Shown here in pieces: positions 31,359-33,047 of a stretch of 33,047 nt of DNA; the first letter of the stretch is position 1; every line of letters starts with the position of its first letter. The notes below the pieces were generated by a model that saw nothing but the letters and a program-made list of their open reading frames with translations, searched no databases and was not told where the DNA came from. Origin of the DNA: an uncultured Caldisericota bacterium (GTDB lineage Bacteria > Caldisericota > Caldisericia > B22-G15); assembly GCA_964575745.1 (NCBI GenBank), contig CAZNRO010000006.1, positions 1 to 33,047 on the forward strand, in the 5' to 3' direction. The translations under genes and the position numbers were made by a program.

Positions 31359-33047
31359 CTACAATTTCATCATGATCTTTTCGAACTTCTTTAATGGGAG
31401 TGTATTTATTATGTCTTCCTTTGTAAGCCACCCCCTTCTTGCCACTCCGATTCCATATCTCACATCTCTTAAAGAAACCTTTGCATGGGCATCTGTTCCT
31501 ATGGTAAACTTCAAACCGTACAGGCTTTTTGCATGCATTACATTCAAATCACTTAAATCAAGCCTCGATGGTGTTGCATTTATTTCAAGAAATACTCCTG
31601 TATTCTTTGCTTCTTTAAATATCTCTTCAATGTCCACCTTGTATCCTTCCCTTTCCCCAATTATCCTCCCTGTTGGATGTGCAATTATTTTTACTTTTTT
31701 TATCCCCATTGCCTTTTTAATTCTATTGGTCATTTTCTCCATACTCTGTTTAAATCCAGAGTGAATTCCTGCTATACAGAAGTCAAAAATATCAAGTTCT
31801 TCTTCTGGAAAATCCACGCTTCCATCTGACAGAATGTTTAACTCCACAGAGAAGAATATCCTGAATTTATCACCAAACTTCTCATTCAATCTATCTATCT
31901 CTTTCTTCTGTTTTTTAAACTCCTCAAGAGACATACCTGATGCCACACCGAGGGATTTTGCATGATCAGAGATTACAATGTATTCATAGCCCATCTTTAT
32001 CGCTTCCTCTGCCATCTCCTCTATGGAGTCCACCCCATCTGAGTATTCTGTGTGTACATGGGTGTCTCCTTTTATATCCTTATAATCAACAAGTTTCGGT
32101 AGTTTCCCCTTCATTGCTTCCTCAATCTCCCCCCTATCCTCCCTCATTTCAGGGGGTATCAAGGGAAGATCAAGGAGATTGTAAACTTCCTCCTCTTTCT
32201 CTCCCCCAATTCTTTTATCTCCTTTAAAAACCCCGTACTCATTTATCTTGAGTCCCTTCTTTATTGCAAGTTCCCGTAGTTTAACATTGTGCTCCCTTGA
32301 ACCTGTAAAGTATTGAATGGCTGCCCCAAAGGATTCTGGTTCCACTACCCTAACATCAACCTGTATATCTTCTTTTGTTATCACTGAGGTTTTTGTTTCT
32401 CCTCTCACCAGCACTTCTTTGACCACAGGGAGGTTTGAAAAAACCTCCATGACTTTCTCACTCTCTCTGCTTGTTACAAGTATGTCTATATCTCCTATGG
32501 TTTCTTTCATTCTCCTTATACTTCCGCAGATCTCAATTTTATCCACAGGTGCTTTCTTTTTTATTTCATCTTTTATAAACTCAGCCAAAGGAAGGGCAAG
32601 ACCAATGGATACTCTCTTTTCCTCTTTCTTCTTCATACCCTGAAGGGCTTTAAGGATGTTTTCTTCCTTCTTTGGTCCAAAGCCGGGAAGATCCCTTATT
32701 TCCCCTTTCTCTGCTGCTTTTTTAAGGTCCTCAACGGTCTTTATTCCAAGATGCTTGTATAAAGAGAGCGCTGCCTTAGGTCCAATTCCAGGAATCTTTT
32801 CGAGTTCCAGAAGTGATGGGGGCACCTTCTTTTTAAATTCCTCAAGTTTTTCAATGGTTCCTGTTTCAAGAAACTGCTTTATCTTCTTTGCAATTCCTGA
32901 TCCAACACCTTTTATTTCTGTAAGTTTCCCCTCCTTTGCAAGTTCCTCTATGGGTATTGGAAGATTCTCTATTCTCCTTGCCGCCTCAATGTAGGCGTTT
33001 ATTTTAAATGGGTTTTCTCCTGCAAGTTCTGCAAGGGATGCAAGTTC
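31359..33047 (-). CDS. polX: DNA polymerase X family protein with a C-terminal PHP domain (5' end lies beyond the window)
   Basis: The frame is open from the window edge. It reads ELASLAELAGENPFKINAYIEAARRIENLP...IKGVGSGIAKKI (N-terminal HhH/8-kDa-like region), then IPGIGPKAA, GSIRRMKETIGDIDILV (polymerase beta nucleotidyltransferase) and GDTHVHTEYSDG (PHP). The M at 32825 in the ORF track is an internal GTG. Confidence 0.9.
   Translation of the reverse strand, partial: ELASLAELAGENPFKINAYIEAARRIENLPIPIEELAKEGKLTEIKGVGSGIAKKIKQFLETGTIEKLEEFKKKVPPSLLELEKIPGIGPKAALSLYKHLGIKTVEDLKKAAEKGEIRDLPGFGPKKEENILKALQGMKKKEEKRVSIGLALPLAEFIKDEIKKKAPVDKIEICGSIRRMKETIGDIDILVTSRESEKVMEVFSNLPVVKEVLVRGETKTSVITKEDIQVDVRVVEPESFGAAIQYFTGSREHNVKLRELAIKKGLKINEYGVFKGDKRIGGEKEEEVYNLLDLPLIPPEMREDRGEIEEAMKGKLPKLVDYKDIKGDTHVHTEYSDGVDSIEEMAEEAIKMGYEYIVISDHAKSLGVASGMSLEEFKKQKKEIDRLNEKFGDKFRIFFSVELNILSDGSVDFPEEELDIFDFCIAGIHSGFKQSMEKMTNRIKKAMGIKKVKIIAHPTGRIIGEREGYKVDIEEIFKEAKNTGVFLEINATPSRLDLSDLNVMHAKSLYGLKFTIGTDAHAKVSLRDVRYGIGVARRGWLTKEDIINTLPLKKFEKIMMKL

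Noticed and set aside
32823-32825. The apparent polX start codon at 32825.
   Set aside because: It is an internal GTG (Val). The frame stays open to the window edge and encodes the expected N-terminal HhH/8-kDa-like region, so the gene is 5'-truncated by the window.
1-33047. Mobile elements, CRISPR arrays, tRNA/rRNA genes and long direct or inverted repeats.
   Set aside because: No repeat-spacer periodicity, transposase or integrase motifs, or tRNA-like cloverleaf candidates were seen. Intergenic space is too small (the largest gaps are about 120-260 nt) and is accounted for by promoters, terminators and the riboswitch.

Overview
This is a gene-dense chromosomal segment from a low-GC bacterium. 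Its proteins look thermophile-like (K/E/I-rich), its coding strands are purine-loaded, and most genes carry strong AGGAGG Shine-Dalgarno (SD) sites. I call 31 protein genes plus a 12-codon gene tail at the left edge, one FMN riboswitch, two clear intrinsic terminators and several sigma70-like promoters. I saw no tRNA, rRNA, CRISPR array, IS element or integrase.

Most of the content is housekeeping. The order queA ... secD-secF-apt-relA-dtd resembles the Bacillus-type arrangement. Also present are mtnA, an MscS channel, two radical-SAM genes of unknown function, an SDR, the riboswitch with ribU, mntP, an ABC exporter pair, an M20 hydrolase, a uridine phosphorylase, a class-I aminotransferase, ftsY, a DMT-like permease, and polX, which runs off the right edge.

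I did not find an obvious new defence or mobile system. The observations most worth a second look are:
1. A plasmid-style (type Ib) partition cassette: a small ParA and a 58-aa ribbon-helix-helix protein, downstream of six TAATTA cores whose starts fall on a common 8-bp grid.
2. A translationally coupled PfkB-kinase / Qng1(DUF2419)-like gene pair. The second protein carries an EndoIII-like Cys cluster, and the pair may be a queuosine-salvage module.
3. A six-gene operon with overlapping junctions that links a membrane Clp/S49-type protease to MoxR, DUF58 and a DUF4129 membrane protein.
4. A recurring promoter pattern in which SD-less genes have a (TGn)TAnnAT -10 box 6-8 nt upstream of the ATG, which predicts leaderless mRNAs. 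Two of these sit in back-to-back divergent promoter pairs.
5. A secreted multi-domain metallophosphatase, with its own promoter and terminator, inserted between queA and secDF.

All functional calls rest on motifs read by eye. No searches were run.
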